From positions 39,866,001 to 39,930,000 of the forward strand of contig OX638156.1 in NCBI GenBank assembly GCA_951804945.1: a stretch of 64,000 nucleotides of DNA, read 5' to 3'. The stretch's first letter is position 1, and each line of letters opens with the position of its first letter. Made by a program: the position numbers and the translations under genes. The notes below the pieces were generated by a model, which saw only the letters and a program-made list of their open reading frames with translations, was not told where the DNA came from and ran no database searches. Origin of the DNA: Podarcis cretensis (Eukaryota). Shown here piece after piece: positions 24,554 to 35,600 of the stretch.

Positions 24554-26269
24554 GCTTACAGTCTTAATACTATTGAGTCTAGGGTATTAAACACATGCTA
24601 TGTGGACACATTTTCTGAATGGAAATGTATCTGGATTCCTAACCCAAGCTTTACTACCTAGCAGACATTGTGTATATTGTCTATAGGTCTTGCCCAGCCT
24701 GTCTCATCCAGATGTTTTGGACTAGAACTCTCAACTCCAGCCAGCTCACATGGGCTGGCTGGGACTAATAGGATGGCATTCAGTTGAAAGGCTGCCCCCT
24801 AGGCATTGGTAACTAGTGTGCTTGGTACCAGAACTATAGCTGGTCCCATAATGCAACAGCACAAGTGGTGAGGGACAGGAATATAGATGATTGCAAGAAC
24901 AGCTGTCTATAAATAGTGTGGCAAAGCTTTTTCAGATGTCAGACCTGGAGCAGGAAGAATAAGTGTCTGCTTCAGGAAGGAAATTTTTGACCAGCATTGA
25001 TGAGTATCTAGAACTCCTGTTTGACACTTCACTGCCTCATTCAAGGCTTGATATGGGCACTCTATATCCTCAAAACCTATCCAACCTGTCCCGTGTAGCA
25101 TCTTGTACTGATGTTTCACTTAAGTATGTGGGCATCTATAGCACTTAAGTTCCATACAGTACCATGTAAGCAGTACCTCACCAACTATTCTGTACATTTA
25201 AGTCTTCGCTTCCCACCATCTTTCTGCCCTTGTCCTCCTCCAAATTTAACAGACTTGTGACAAATAGTTTTGGTTTTATTATTAGAAAATTCATGATTCA
25301 AAATTGCAGAATGTTCTTTGATCCCACTGCCTTAACTAGACAGGTACTATTGTCTTCTTGCCTCACTCTGCTTTAGAACAGGTCTGATTGCCCAGCTACA
25401 ATACAGCATTCTGCCTGGGGAACCTCACTGCATTATCAGGTGTAATTGATGTGAATTTAGCAGCAGTTCCAGAAAGTAATGTTTAAAGTTAGAAAGAACA
25501 TTGAAAATGTATGCTTTAAGTTACAATACCTGGATCTGCTCCACTTGCAGGATACCAAATGATACGGAATTGCTGAAGAGTGCATTCATTCTAGATGCAG
25601 CTGTTGTATGGCTGTATCCTACAGCTGTGCTGCAAAGAACTGCACAGCTGCCATGGACAGCCTCCCAGGGACCCGAGGCCAGTGGCAGAGGCTAGAGAAT
25701 GCCTCCCTTCATCTTGGAGAGGATTAACAGGTGCTTTGCCTCTGGCTCGAGTGTGTTGTGTAGTGGCCTTCATTGTAAGTTGGGAGTAAAAACAATTTCT
25801 AACATGAAACCCCTTTGTATCAATATGCTGTCATTTGTTACTGGAAACATAACTTAGAAACTTTTAGTTAATAAGCATGGTTGGGGGACAGCTCCCATTT
25901 TATACTACTCCTGGTCCAGGGGGGCAGGGGTCCATTCCACCAGCAGTGCAAATGTAGTAGGAGAGGCTTTGCACCACCAGCTTCAGTGATAGAAAGAGCT
26001 GCTGTTACTACTTCACATCAACTCACTATGTTCCTTTTACATTGTACAGCCTTAGGTTTTTTTCTTTTTTAAAAGGAGAGAAATCCCCCCACGCCAACAG
26101 TCCTCCTTTACAATTAAGTGTGCTCTGGCAGCAGCTACTTTGCCTAGTCAGGGGAGGATAGCTGGGGCTACAGCAAACAAGGCAAGTAGTTTTAAGCAAT
26201 AATAAACCAAGCAAGCAAACTCTGGGTGTTTCTGATTGTTAGAGCTGTTTTGACAGTGGAATATACTCC

Positions 26270-26420
26270 ATCGGGAGGTTGTGGGCTCTCCTTGGATGTT
26301 TTTAAGCAGAGTTTGGATGACCATCTGTCAGGGATGCTTTAGTTGAGATTCCTGCATTGCAAGGGGTTGGACTTGATGACCCTTGAGGTCCCTTCCAACT
26401 CTACAATTCTATGATTCTAA
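26270..26420 (+). mobile_element. CR1 LINE 3' end
   Basis: GGGTTGGACTTGATGACCCTTGAGGTCCCTTCCAACTCTACAATTCTATGATTCTA is the typical CR1 terminus. Confidence 0.85.
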
Positions 26421-27553
26421 GTGAAAAGCAGCAATGCACCAGCTCCTCTGCATTCCAAAGCAGCTGTGGTGCTCTTTCGTCACTCATTAATAAAGTGTTA
26501 TTACTGAGGCAATCTTACCCAACCTGCAGCCTCTCAGACAGTTTGAACTTCAACTCCCATGAACCCTGGATAGCACAGCTATGTTGACTGGAGCCAATGA
26601 GTTTTAGTCCAAAACATCTGGAGGGCATTTGCTGGGGAAAACAACTCGTGCTAAGCTACAAAACCAGCTATCCTTTTCCTAAGAATCCATGGGGGGGAAA
26701 CTCAGTTCACTGCCTAGAATCTTTCAGTAAGTACTAGCAAGAAACATTTAAAACATTGCTAGAAAGTTAGCAGTCCAGGAGGGAAAGAAAATAATATTTC
26801 ATAAAAGCACACTGAGAACTATGAGATATGGATTGATCTGAAAATATTAAGTGGTTCAAAACAGCCAGTTGAAATATCTTTATTTTTTTCTCTACTGCAT
26901 GTATTTATCAGGATCAATATGGTTTTTACTACAGAAAAGGAATACACATTAAAGTAATCAAAGCTTAGCAGTGCCCTTTACGAGTGATAATGTTTAATTC
27001 CATACAAATAAGAGGCAAAAGGAGGTGTTTTGTCAGTAGGCATGTGACAATTCTGTCTTCCAAGCACTAACGGGTAACTGCATACACCACCACATTGTTA
27101 TAATCTCTTGCTCTTTTCACCATATCCGGAATAAGATTTTAATGTAAAAATGCTAAGTACCCCTTCTTTACCAACCTTCTTCATGGGTCACTGGGCTAGA
27201 ATGTAATGTCACCTGGAGAACTGATGCTCTGAGGCAATGGCAAATGTTGATAATAATACCCATCAACCTTGACCTTTTAAGCAGTGACATTGTAGTTGAA
27301 GGAATATGCAGTGCACTATGTCATTTTTCCTTTTGCACCCAAGGTGGGGGTAAAGCAAATAGAATTTACTAGTTGATGGCAAAGAGGATGAAATGAAGGC
27401 AGGAATGTGTTCTGTTAAGGAAGCATAATTCAGCTGGCTTTCCATCAGGTGCTGGATTTATTCCTCTCCTTTAAAGAGGCGGGGACTAATGGATCTTCCA
27501 GATTCACTCCCCATTTCCTTCAAGGATTCACAAGTGTGCCAAGGAGCACAGTA

Positions 27554-27647
27554 TCAGTCTGCAACAGTCTTCCCTGCATTTGGAGAGGGAGACGCATCTG
27601 CAATAGTAGCTAAATAAATCAGGTTTCTGTGCAGTGTGTGCTGGTGT
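27554..27647 (-). CDS. SS18L2: SS18L2 coding exon 3
   Basis: HQHTLHRNLIYLATIADASPSPNAGKTVAD*, preceded by a polypyrimidine tract and ttacag. Confidence 0.92.
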
Positions 27648-29655
27648 CTGTAACAGAGAAACAGAAGAATGAGATTCCTTAGGGCAACTGAAATAACAGA
27701 ATTGCTCTGGCAGCCAGCATACAAGTGACAGTAGGATTTAGGTCTCTATTTTGCTCACTTTATACTTGAGAAAGCAGGGGGAAGGGAAGAGTTGTTAATT
27801 AATATGAAGCCAATAATATTTTTGAATCCTCTTAGCTACTTTCCCCTGTTCCTGATAGTATTTTATTTTTAAATTGAAGGAAATGTTTTTTTAAAAAATA
27901 TACTAATTAAGTCAATGTTTTGTTGTCATTTAGTCGTGTCCGACTCTTCGTGACCCCATGGACCAGAGCATGCCAGGCACTCCTGTCTTCCACTGCCTCC
28001 CGCAGTTTGGTCAAACTCATGTTGGTAGCTTCGAGAACACTGTCCATGTTTAATGATCACTTAATTCCTGCAAAGGCATAGATGAGTGGGCAATGATGCA
28101 CACTGGAGCACATCATTCTAACTTTACATTCGCACTGATGTCTGAACTAGCAGTGTCTAACCAGGGAAGATCTTGGGGTTGTGGTACACAGCTCTATAAA
28201 ATCATCAAGCTTGTGCAGTGGCAGCAAAAGGGGAAAATGTTAGGGATTATTAGAAAAGAAATTAAAAATAAAACAGCCACTATTACAATGGCCTTTCAGA
28301 AGTCCAGGGCTGCCAAGAAGAAGGGGTCAGTACATCTGTAAGCTATTACCTCCCACATTAAATTCAGCAAAATAAACAAGATTTTCATTAATGCCCTGCA
28401 CAGTCTGGTTGTGTTTGACAGACTAATTGCATTTATTTCAGCAACAATGTGCCTGATTTCAGTTCTCCTTCACCTCCCCTGTAAATTTGCTCAGGACCAA
28501 TGAGATTTATTCAAAACCACGTCTCGCAATGAGACACGCAAGCTCTCTAAACAGTTACTTGATTGTTTGCTTTAATCAAGCAAATACAAAAATGAAGTCC
28601 TGAAAAATGCATAATAGGCGACTCTTAGATTGAATTTACTTACTGCACACATTCTTCAGCTCTTCCTTTATTCTGATATTCCACAATACATCGAATCAGC
28701 TGGTCATTTTCTTCAAGCAGCTGAAAGTCACAACAGCACTGGATCAACTGCATATTACTGAAACTTGTTCAAGAACAACTACTTAACAATTACACTGGAT
28801 AATTGTGAGGATGCTTTATAGACTGTGAACTACCATCTCACGATCAAGGAGGCAGTGTGTGTGGGGGGGGGGGGGGGGTCAGAGGCTTCAAAGGCACCAG
28901 GGAACAATTTTAAGAGCACCATGGTGCCCGCAGGTGTCCTGATGACCCCTGATTTCAGATTATTAAAGTGGTGAGTGAAGAATATCCGGTGTCAACTTCA
29001 GTCGTCAACTTACAGACTTAAAGGGTGAGTTTTCTTTCTGGTAGCGTTAAGGGTTTACTGTTACTGCAAAAGATATAGGATATTCTAGCAGACTATGCTA
29101 TTCATTTGTTTTAGTCATCTTTCTGGCGGTGTACCGCTTTTTATTGCACTTGGTTATGTCCTTTCGCTAAGCGATCATGATCGAGGAGAGTGAAGGAGCC
29201 GAACTGCGCAGCGACAGTGATTCCGCCCATCCCTGAGAATGTACAGAGTGCACTGCCCTTCCTAATGCGCAGGCGGATCAGAGTGGGCGTTCCTTGACCA
29301 GGCTCGCTGACGTCACGCTCTCAGCTTTTAAGCAGCCCGGACCATCTTCACGCAGCCTGCAAGAGGCGAGGAATGAAATGGCAGAGACACTTCCGGTTCT
29401 AACTGATTAACTAACTAACCCAATACAAAGAACCTGGCCAGGAAACCAGAGAGAGAAGGTAGAGCGGCGCTCTGACGCCTCCCGACGTTCTTGCCTTTCC
29501 TATGGCGGCGTACGGGAGTTAAAAAGAGGGCTGCGTGAGCGACGCTCCCCTCCGCTCTCTCTATGGCGCCCGTCCCTTTCGCTCACCCGTTGCAACGTCT
29601 CTTGGTTCACCTCCGCCTTGCCTCGGAGTTTCTCCGGCACGAAAACCACCGACAT
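27554..29655 (-). CDS. SS18L2: SS18-like protein 2 (SSXT/SNH-domain small protein), complete 3-exon gene, 79 aa
   Basis: Exons 29655-29587 (MSVVFVPEKLRGKAEVNQETLQR|gtgagc), 28720-28644 (tttcag|LLEENDQLIRCIVEYQNKGRAEECVQ|gtaagt) and 27647-27554 (ttacag|HQHTLHRNLIYLATIADASPSPNAGKTVAD*). 69+77+94=240 nt in frame with canonical GT-AG sites. Closely resembles human SS18L2 (MSVAFVPDWLRGKAEVNQETIQRLLEENDQLIRCIVEYQNKGR...LHRNLIYLATIADAS). Candidate minus-strand AATAAA at 27457-27462 and 26879-26884. Confidence 0.93.
27921..28045 (-). mobile_element. BovB/RTE LINE 3' fragment in SS18L2 intron 2
   Basis: Reverse complement of ...GTCCATGGGGTCACGAAGAGTCGGACACGACTAAA...(CAA) tail; possible TSD ATGTTT. 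Confidence 0.85.
28160..28300 (+). mobile_element. Old CR1 ORF2 fragment
   Basis: Decayed motifs resembling EKDLGV...CAVAAKxxxMLGIIRKxIxNKTxxI. Confidence 0.55.
28644..28720 (-). CDS. SS18L2: SS18L2 coding exon 2
   Basis: LLEENDQLIRCIVEYQNKGRAEECV(Q), flanked by tttcag and gtaagt. Confidence 0.92.
29587..29655 (-). CDS. SS18L2: SS18L2 coding exon 1
   Basis: ATG at 29655-29653, 23 codons, then a CGG|GTGAGC donor. Confidence 0.92.
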
Positions 29656-29689
29656 GCCAGCGGAGGGAGCGGCAGCGGCTTCTAAGCCT

Positions 29690-30620
29690 CACGCGAAAAG
29701 TGGGCCGCAACGCAAAGGTTGATGGGAGCAAAAGGACAATACTTTGCACCGATTGGCTGCCCCTGTGCGGCCTGGGAAGCTCCCGTACATGAATGCAGAT
29801 CATTAAATGTAGAGTAGTCCATATCCCGGTGTGACTAAGAAGCTTCCGAGTCTTTAAAATTCCGACCAGTTAAACGGGTTAGACTACAGTGAAAGAATTT
29901 ATGTGTGTATATGAGAGGGAAGGTGGAAGACAGGAGTGCCTGGCGTGCTCTGGTCCATGGGGTCACGAAGAGTCGGACACGACTAAACGACTAAACAATA
30001 ACAACATGAGAGGGAAGAGTGTGCCAATCAATTTCTAGCGTGACGGAAGAGGGAGGAAAACTTTACTTTCTCCGCGCTATGCATAATTTTGTGGATTTCC
30101 ATCACGTCAGGCTGCAGCATAGACCGTGCTAATTAAGGGGCCCGCTCGCCACTCTCTTTCCAAATCTACGCTCACTCGCAGCAGAGACGCGGCTTCTCCG
30201 ACTAGCAAAGCTTGCAACCAAAATTCTCAAGTTAACCCGGGAGCTGCAGTTCGCGCGACTCTACATCCTTCCTTCAGTCTATAGTCTACGTATCAGAGGA
30301 ACTCCCTCCCCCCCTCCCCCCCCCCGAAGCCTTCGTAGCAATTGGCCCGTCGGGCCGGTGGAGGCGGGCTCTGAAAACAAATTACGACGGCGGGGCCTCG
30401 GTTGTGTTGGGAAGGCGGGCTTTGGGCTGATTGGCGAGCCGGAAGTCTCGAGGGGCGGATATGATTGGTCAGGGGCACGAAAGGTGGGCGGGGCCAGGTC
30501 GCGGTGAGTTGCCAGGGCTCCGGTTGTCAAGCGGCAGCCAATCAGGGTGGGGGATGGGAGCGGGTGGGGGAGGCGGAGAGCGCTGAGAGCCGTTCAGACG
30601 GAGGAGCGCGCGGGTAGGAG
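29690..30620. promoter_or_regulatory. Bidirectional CpG-island promoter shared by SS18L2 (-) and KATNB1 (+)
   Basis: CpG-rich. CCAAT/ATTGG boxes at about 29752, 30341, 30430, 30464 and 30538; ETS CCGGAAGT at 30439-30446; GC boxes near 30452 and 30486. A probable non-coding KATNB1 first exon ends at the donor CGG|GTAGGA at 30613/30614. Confidence 0.75.
29923..30005 (+). mobile_element. 5'-truncated BovB/RTE insertion in the bidirectional promoter
   Basis: GGAAGACAGGAGTGCCTGGCGTGCTCTGGTCCATGGGGTCACGAAGAGTCGGACACGACTAAACGACTAAACAATAACAAC; perfect 12-bp TSD ATGAGAGGGAAG at 29911-29922 and 30006-30017. Confidence 0.9.
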
Positions 30621-32099
30621 ACAAGCAAGGCCGGCCGAGACGGGCCTCACGTCGGGGTAGGCCGTGGGTAGCCGCAGCAGCCCCCACCCGAAACCTCCCT
30701 GGAGGGGCCGCTGGCCCGGGAAGGCCTTCGGGCTGCCACCCGGGGCCGGGCCGGCCTGTTTACATTCCCTCCTCCGAGCAGGTGCTCGCCTGTCCGGCGG
30801 TGTGTGCCTCGGAGGTCCCGGCCAGGCCTCGACGGAGGAGAGAGGGCTGCTTCTCCTCCGGGCACCGCATGAGGTGGATGGGTGGGATCTTTCTCTCCCC
30901 GGGAAGAGTTGGCTGGCCTAAGAGAAAGGATTTCCTCGGGGCTGAATGGGATCTGCTGCCCACAGCACTTTGCGGGGTGGGGGTGGGAAAGTTCACAAGC
31001 TCGGGTGGCTGCCTCAGATTCGAGTCACTTGCTGGGAGGTGCTGACTGGGAGAGGGACGCTGCCCTCGTGCCCTGCTTTGTGGGGTTCTTGGGGGGGGGG
31101 AGATCTTTCTGGGTCTTAAATAGGCCTTTAGCCTGATCCAGTTAACAGGGCTCTTCTGAGAAGCTGCTGAGATCACCTTGCCTACGTCACCCATAAAAAC
31201 TCCATCCTGCCTAACACCTGCAGGGATGCAGCACACATGTATTTATTTGTTTCATTAAATGCTGCTTGATTATAAAAGCAAAAGCTCGAAGTGTTCTACA
31301 AAAATAATAAAGCATTGCAGTTATTAGTAAACAGAGGCAATATTTTAAAACATTGAAAAGTAAATAAGGTTGGCAATAAGCAAAAACAAAAAATAATGAT
31401 TAAAATATGTGTCAGCATCTTGCATACATGAGTAGGCTTGCTTAAGCAGACATGTTATTGGCAGGTGCCAAAAACAGTACTGTGAAAGTGTGGGCCCTAC
31501 CACACTAAAATATTGATTTCTTACCAATGTGGAATAAGTATTATTTGCCACCTGTAACAGAGGCAGTTCAGCAGTTCTGTACAATGGGGTAGTAATCCTC
31601 AATCTGGAAATTACATGTGCAAGTGGAAATTTGACAGTAAATTGAGGAGTGGAGCATGCAGACAAGAGTTACCTCCCTCCTGGAGGCAGGCTGTGAACAA
31701 AGTCTATTTTTGAAGGCCACCTGTCAGTTTTAGGGATCCTGCTTTCAGGATCAATTCTGTGCCCCACTGTCTGTCTCTGCACTACTCCCAATAGTTGTGC
31801 TAGTTGTATCCCAAAGCAACTGAATAACACCAAGTTGTCAAAGTCTGCTCTAATTTATTGATCATTGATGTAATGACAGAAGTACCTGTTATTGTTATTG
31901 GGAGATACACAGAAAAGTACCGTAGGAGTTCCTGATCACTTACATTCCATGTTAAAAAACATAATTGGGTTGTATCCAGCCAAGTACTACTTGGAATATA
32001 TCCAGTACAATTAACGTACCTAACTTAGTCATGTTCATCAATTTCAGTGGGTATACTTTGAGGAGGACTAATACTGTATGCAGCCCAATTCTGGAAATA

Positions 32100-32290
32100 C
32101 AGTCATACCTTGGAAGTTGAACTTCTTACCAGTCGAATGTTTTGGCTCCCAAATGCTGCAAACCCGGACGTGAGTATTTCGGTTTGCATCCAACGTGGGT
32201 TCCATGGGTTCTGATTGGCTGCAGGAGCTTCTTGGTTTCCAGACGTTTTGGAAGTCAAACGGATTCCGTTCAACTTCCGAGGTACAACTG
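32100..32290. mobile_element. Tc1/mariner MITE
   Basis: TA|CAGTCATACCTTGGAAGTTGAA ... TTCAACTTCCGAGGTACAACTG|TA. Confidence 0.85.
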
Positions 32291-32650
32291 TACCTGTTCT
32301 AAGTTATTGTTATAAAAAAAAGATAAATGAAGAAACCTGCTAAGCTCTATTTTAATGTAGTTTTTCTGCTGTGTTTTCTGAACTGGTTAAAACGAACACT
32401 TTCCTCCTAGGTAACTTTAATGACTGCTTCCTGAGATTTTGCTTGCATTCTGGAAGAAATAGGCCACTGAATAAGCCTAGGAGACATATTTGTATTTTTA
32501 AAATAAAAGCGCCATCGCCTTGACTGCTGCAGGACAGTTCAGAAACTTGAACCTTGTATCTGGGGGGTTGAGCCCCACACATGCTGATGAAAACAGAGCT
32601 TTGGGAGAAAAAAGAAGACTGCTTTCTGTAGCTGTGTGAAAATCACTGCA

Positions 32651-35600
32651 ATGGCAGCTGCAGTTGCCACCAAGACAGCTTGGAAGCTGCGTAAGTGAAG
32701 TCCACTCTTCTGCGTTTATAAACGGGATGTGTTCAGTGCCTGCAATTTTGTCTTCCACTCCTGCTCGACAGCTTGGGTTTCAGTGTTCTTCTGATCACTA
32801 GCATCAGGTACCTGCTCCAGCTGCTTAGCTGAGGACTTAGTGTCTTGTGTGGAATTATATTTAAAAAATCTTACTATGGCCAGAAGGGCTTACATTCAGG
32901 CAAGTGGACATAGAATAATTAGCTTAAAAAGCTACAATACATATCAGATATGTGTACCTGTTCACGTATACCTCATCAGTAAATGCCAGCTTAAATGTAT
33001 TGATTTTTGTGTGGGGCTGTAATAGGAGAGAGATGTGATAAAATGTGCTCATGTCTGCATTTGCTTTTTTTGTATAGAGGAAATCACTGCTCACAGCAGC
33101 AATGTTTCTTCACTTGTGTTGGGCAAAAGCTCAGGTCGGCTCCTTGCAACTGGTGGAGATGATTGTCGAGTTAATATCTGGTCAATTAACAAGCCGAACT
33201 GCATTATGGTAAGGATTGGCTAATTTCTCTTTGCTTGTGGGCAATGTGAGTCAGGGAGCAACCTCTGGTATTAGCTTTAGCCACCCTCCTTTCTATACAG
33301 GATCAAACATGAGATGGGAGGTTTATTTTAATCTGTGCTTTCGGTAATTTGGCTAAATACACCTAAGTGAGCCAAAGTATAGTGTAGTTAAGGCCAAAGT
33401 GCTGAGGGAAGAACAAGTTGCATTGACTGGCACCTCATGGATTGTTCCTCCCTCAGTTTGAGGGACAGAGCATGATGGCACCTTCACCTAGCAGTATATT
33501 GCAGGCACTGCTGCTCAGGATATACAGTGATACCTCGAGTTACAAACACCTCAGGTTACAAATGCTTCACGTTACAAATTCCGCTAACCTGGAAGAGTTA
33601 CCTCGAGTTGAGAACTTTGCCCCAGGATGAGAATGGAAATTGTGTGCCGGCACGCAGCAGCAGCGAGAGGCCCCATTAGCGAAAGCACACCTCTAGTTAA
33701 GAACAGTTTCAGGTTAAGAATGGACTTCCGGAACGAATTAAGTTTGTAACTAGAGGTGCCACTGTACCACCAGATAAAGGCACTATTGCACTCTGGCCCT
33801 CGAAATGGTCCTGGGCGATGTATCAATACATCGCCCAGGCCTAAAGATGACATTCTGGTCTCTTCAAAAACAGGAAGTAGTTGGATCTGACATTAGCAGG
33901 GTTTCAGTCAAGTGTCGTTCCTTTGTTTCTCATGCAGATCTGGAGATATTTTCTCCACCACCACCTTGCCCGCTGTCTTTTGACCTATGAGGAGCTAAGT
34001 TGAGCTATTGAGACTTGTATGAGTGGCTGCCTTGGGAGCTGTGGCTGTAGATCCCAGTATGTGTGTAATCCTTTGACTTGGAAGGGCCAAAAATCTGCAA
34101 TGGTATCCCTTTCCACAGCAATGGCCAGTTTGAAATAGTTTTTCTTTTGAATGATTTTTCTTCCGATCCAACTCCTGCACTTTTTCAAAAGGGCATTTCT
34201 CTCCTCTTCCACCCCTGCCTCTCTTTTTTTTGTACGGTAACTTATTAGTGCTGCAGAATTGAATCTAGAGCGGGCATTTCGACTGTTGCAGTACAGAGCA
34301 TGATGTTCTTTGTACTACTGCATAGTTTGTGGGAAGTTTGTGATGCAGCTTCATTTCATGCTAGCTGATGGAGCTGCAATTCATTATACACATATCTAGG
34401 AGTAAGTTGCTGAACTCAGTGGGATTTACTTTTGTGCAGGTAGACGTTCAGCCATAAACCTGCATTTCTGGGTGATATACTTAGTGCACCATTAAGAAGC
34501 ACTTAATGTGGTGGCCAAGCTCTGTATGGCTCTTGGCCTTTGCTTCAACCCTCCTGCAATGGGGCATGGGATTTCCCACTATTGCAGCAAAGCTCTGTGG
34601 GGGAAGTGCTTCTGAGTGTATATTCTGCTGGATTTTATTAGTCAATTAATGACCAGTTGTTGTAACATGAAGAAGTCTTCACTGGGTGTATAAAGGAGGT
34701 CCAGTTTGGCACCAGGTGACATGTGTGTGAGAAAGAGACACTTGAAGGAGGGCCTCTGGTGAACATAGGAAGGAATCAAATTTCTGCTCTTGCTGGAATA
34801 CTGAACTTCAGTGTCTGTCCATGGCTTTGAACGTGGCTTTCACCTAATCATTTCGCTACTTGTGGTGTGATGAGTGTAAACATCCTAGCTGTCCTTGTTG
34901 TTGCATGCCTTCCTGTGGAGTGGGCCACCTTCAGATGATTCACTGCTGCTTTTTCATTTTGCCCAGAGTCTAACGGGTCACACCACACCCGTGGAGAGTG
35001 TGAAGATTAATACGAATGAAGAGCTGATTGTTGCGGGGTCCCAGTCAGGCTCCATTCGGATCTGGGATCTGGAAGCTGCCAAAAGTAGGTTCAGAGCCAA
35101 CTCTTCTATCACTTTTCAGGTTGTCCAGCAGCCCCTTACTTTGCAAAGAGCAGAGAAAGAGAGAGAGAGCGCAAGCATACAAGGAAGGACGATATGCTCA
35201 ACTTTGAAAACTGCAGGGGCACCTCTTCCTCCACCTAGGTGGGAGAGGTGTTGGTACTGTTCAGATGCCAGCCCTGTGAATAAGAAGAGCTGTTTTGTTT
35301 GCACTCAGATCTTTATAATTTTCCCCAATAATATTTATCCATTTGTGTTATGTTTACAGTGCTTAACCTCAGCAGTCAACAATCTTTCTTCCATTACTTT
35401 CATAGAAAAGCAGGTTTTAATTTGATGTGCTTGGTAGATGCTTCTGATTTCTATTTTAAGAGACTGTACAGGAAATGGTAAAACATTTGTATGATTTTCT
35501 TATTTCATTCTAAACCAGATTATTTTTTTAAAAAAGAATTGTACTGAACCATTGAAATAGCAAATCTGATTTGAACTGAAAAACTGTATCAATCCTGCAT

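Noticed and set aside
23250-27500. Search for GPI, DRC7 or other exons in the GARRE1-SS18L2 gap
   Set aside because: I recognised only MITE and CR1 fragments and no convincing coding exons; an alignment search would be needed to exclude decayed remnants
30279-31236. Cluster of overlapping GC-rich ORFs (up to 158 aa)
   Set aside because: Stop-codon depletion in a CpG island; no recognisable protein features
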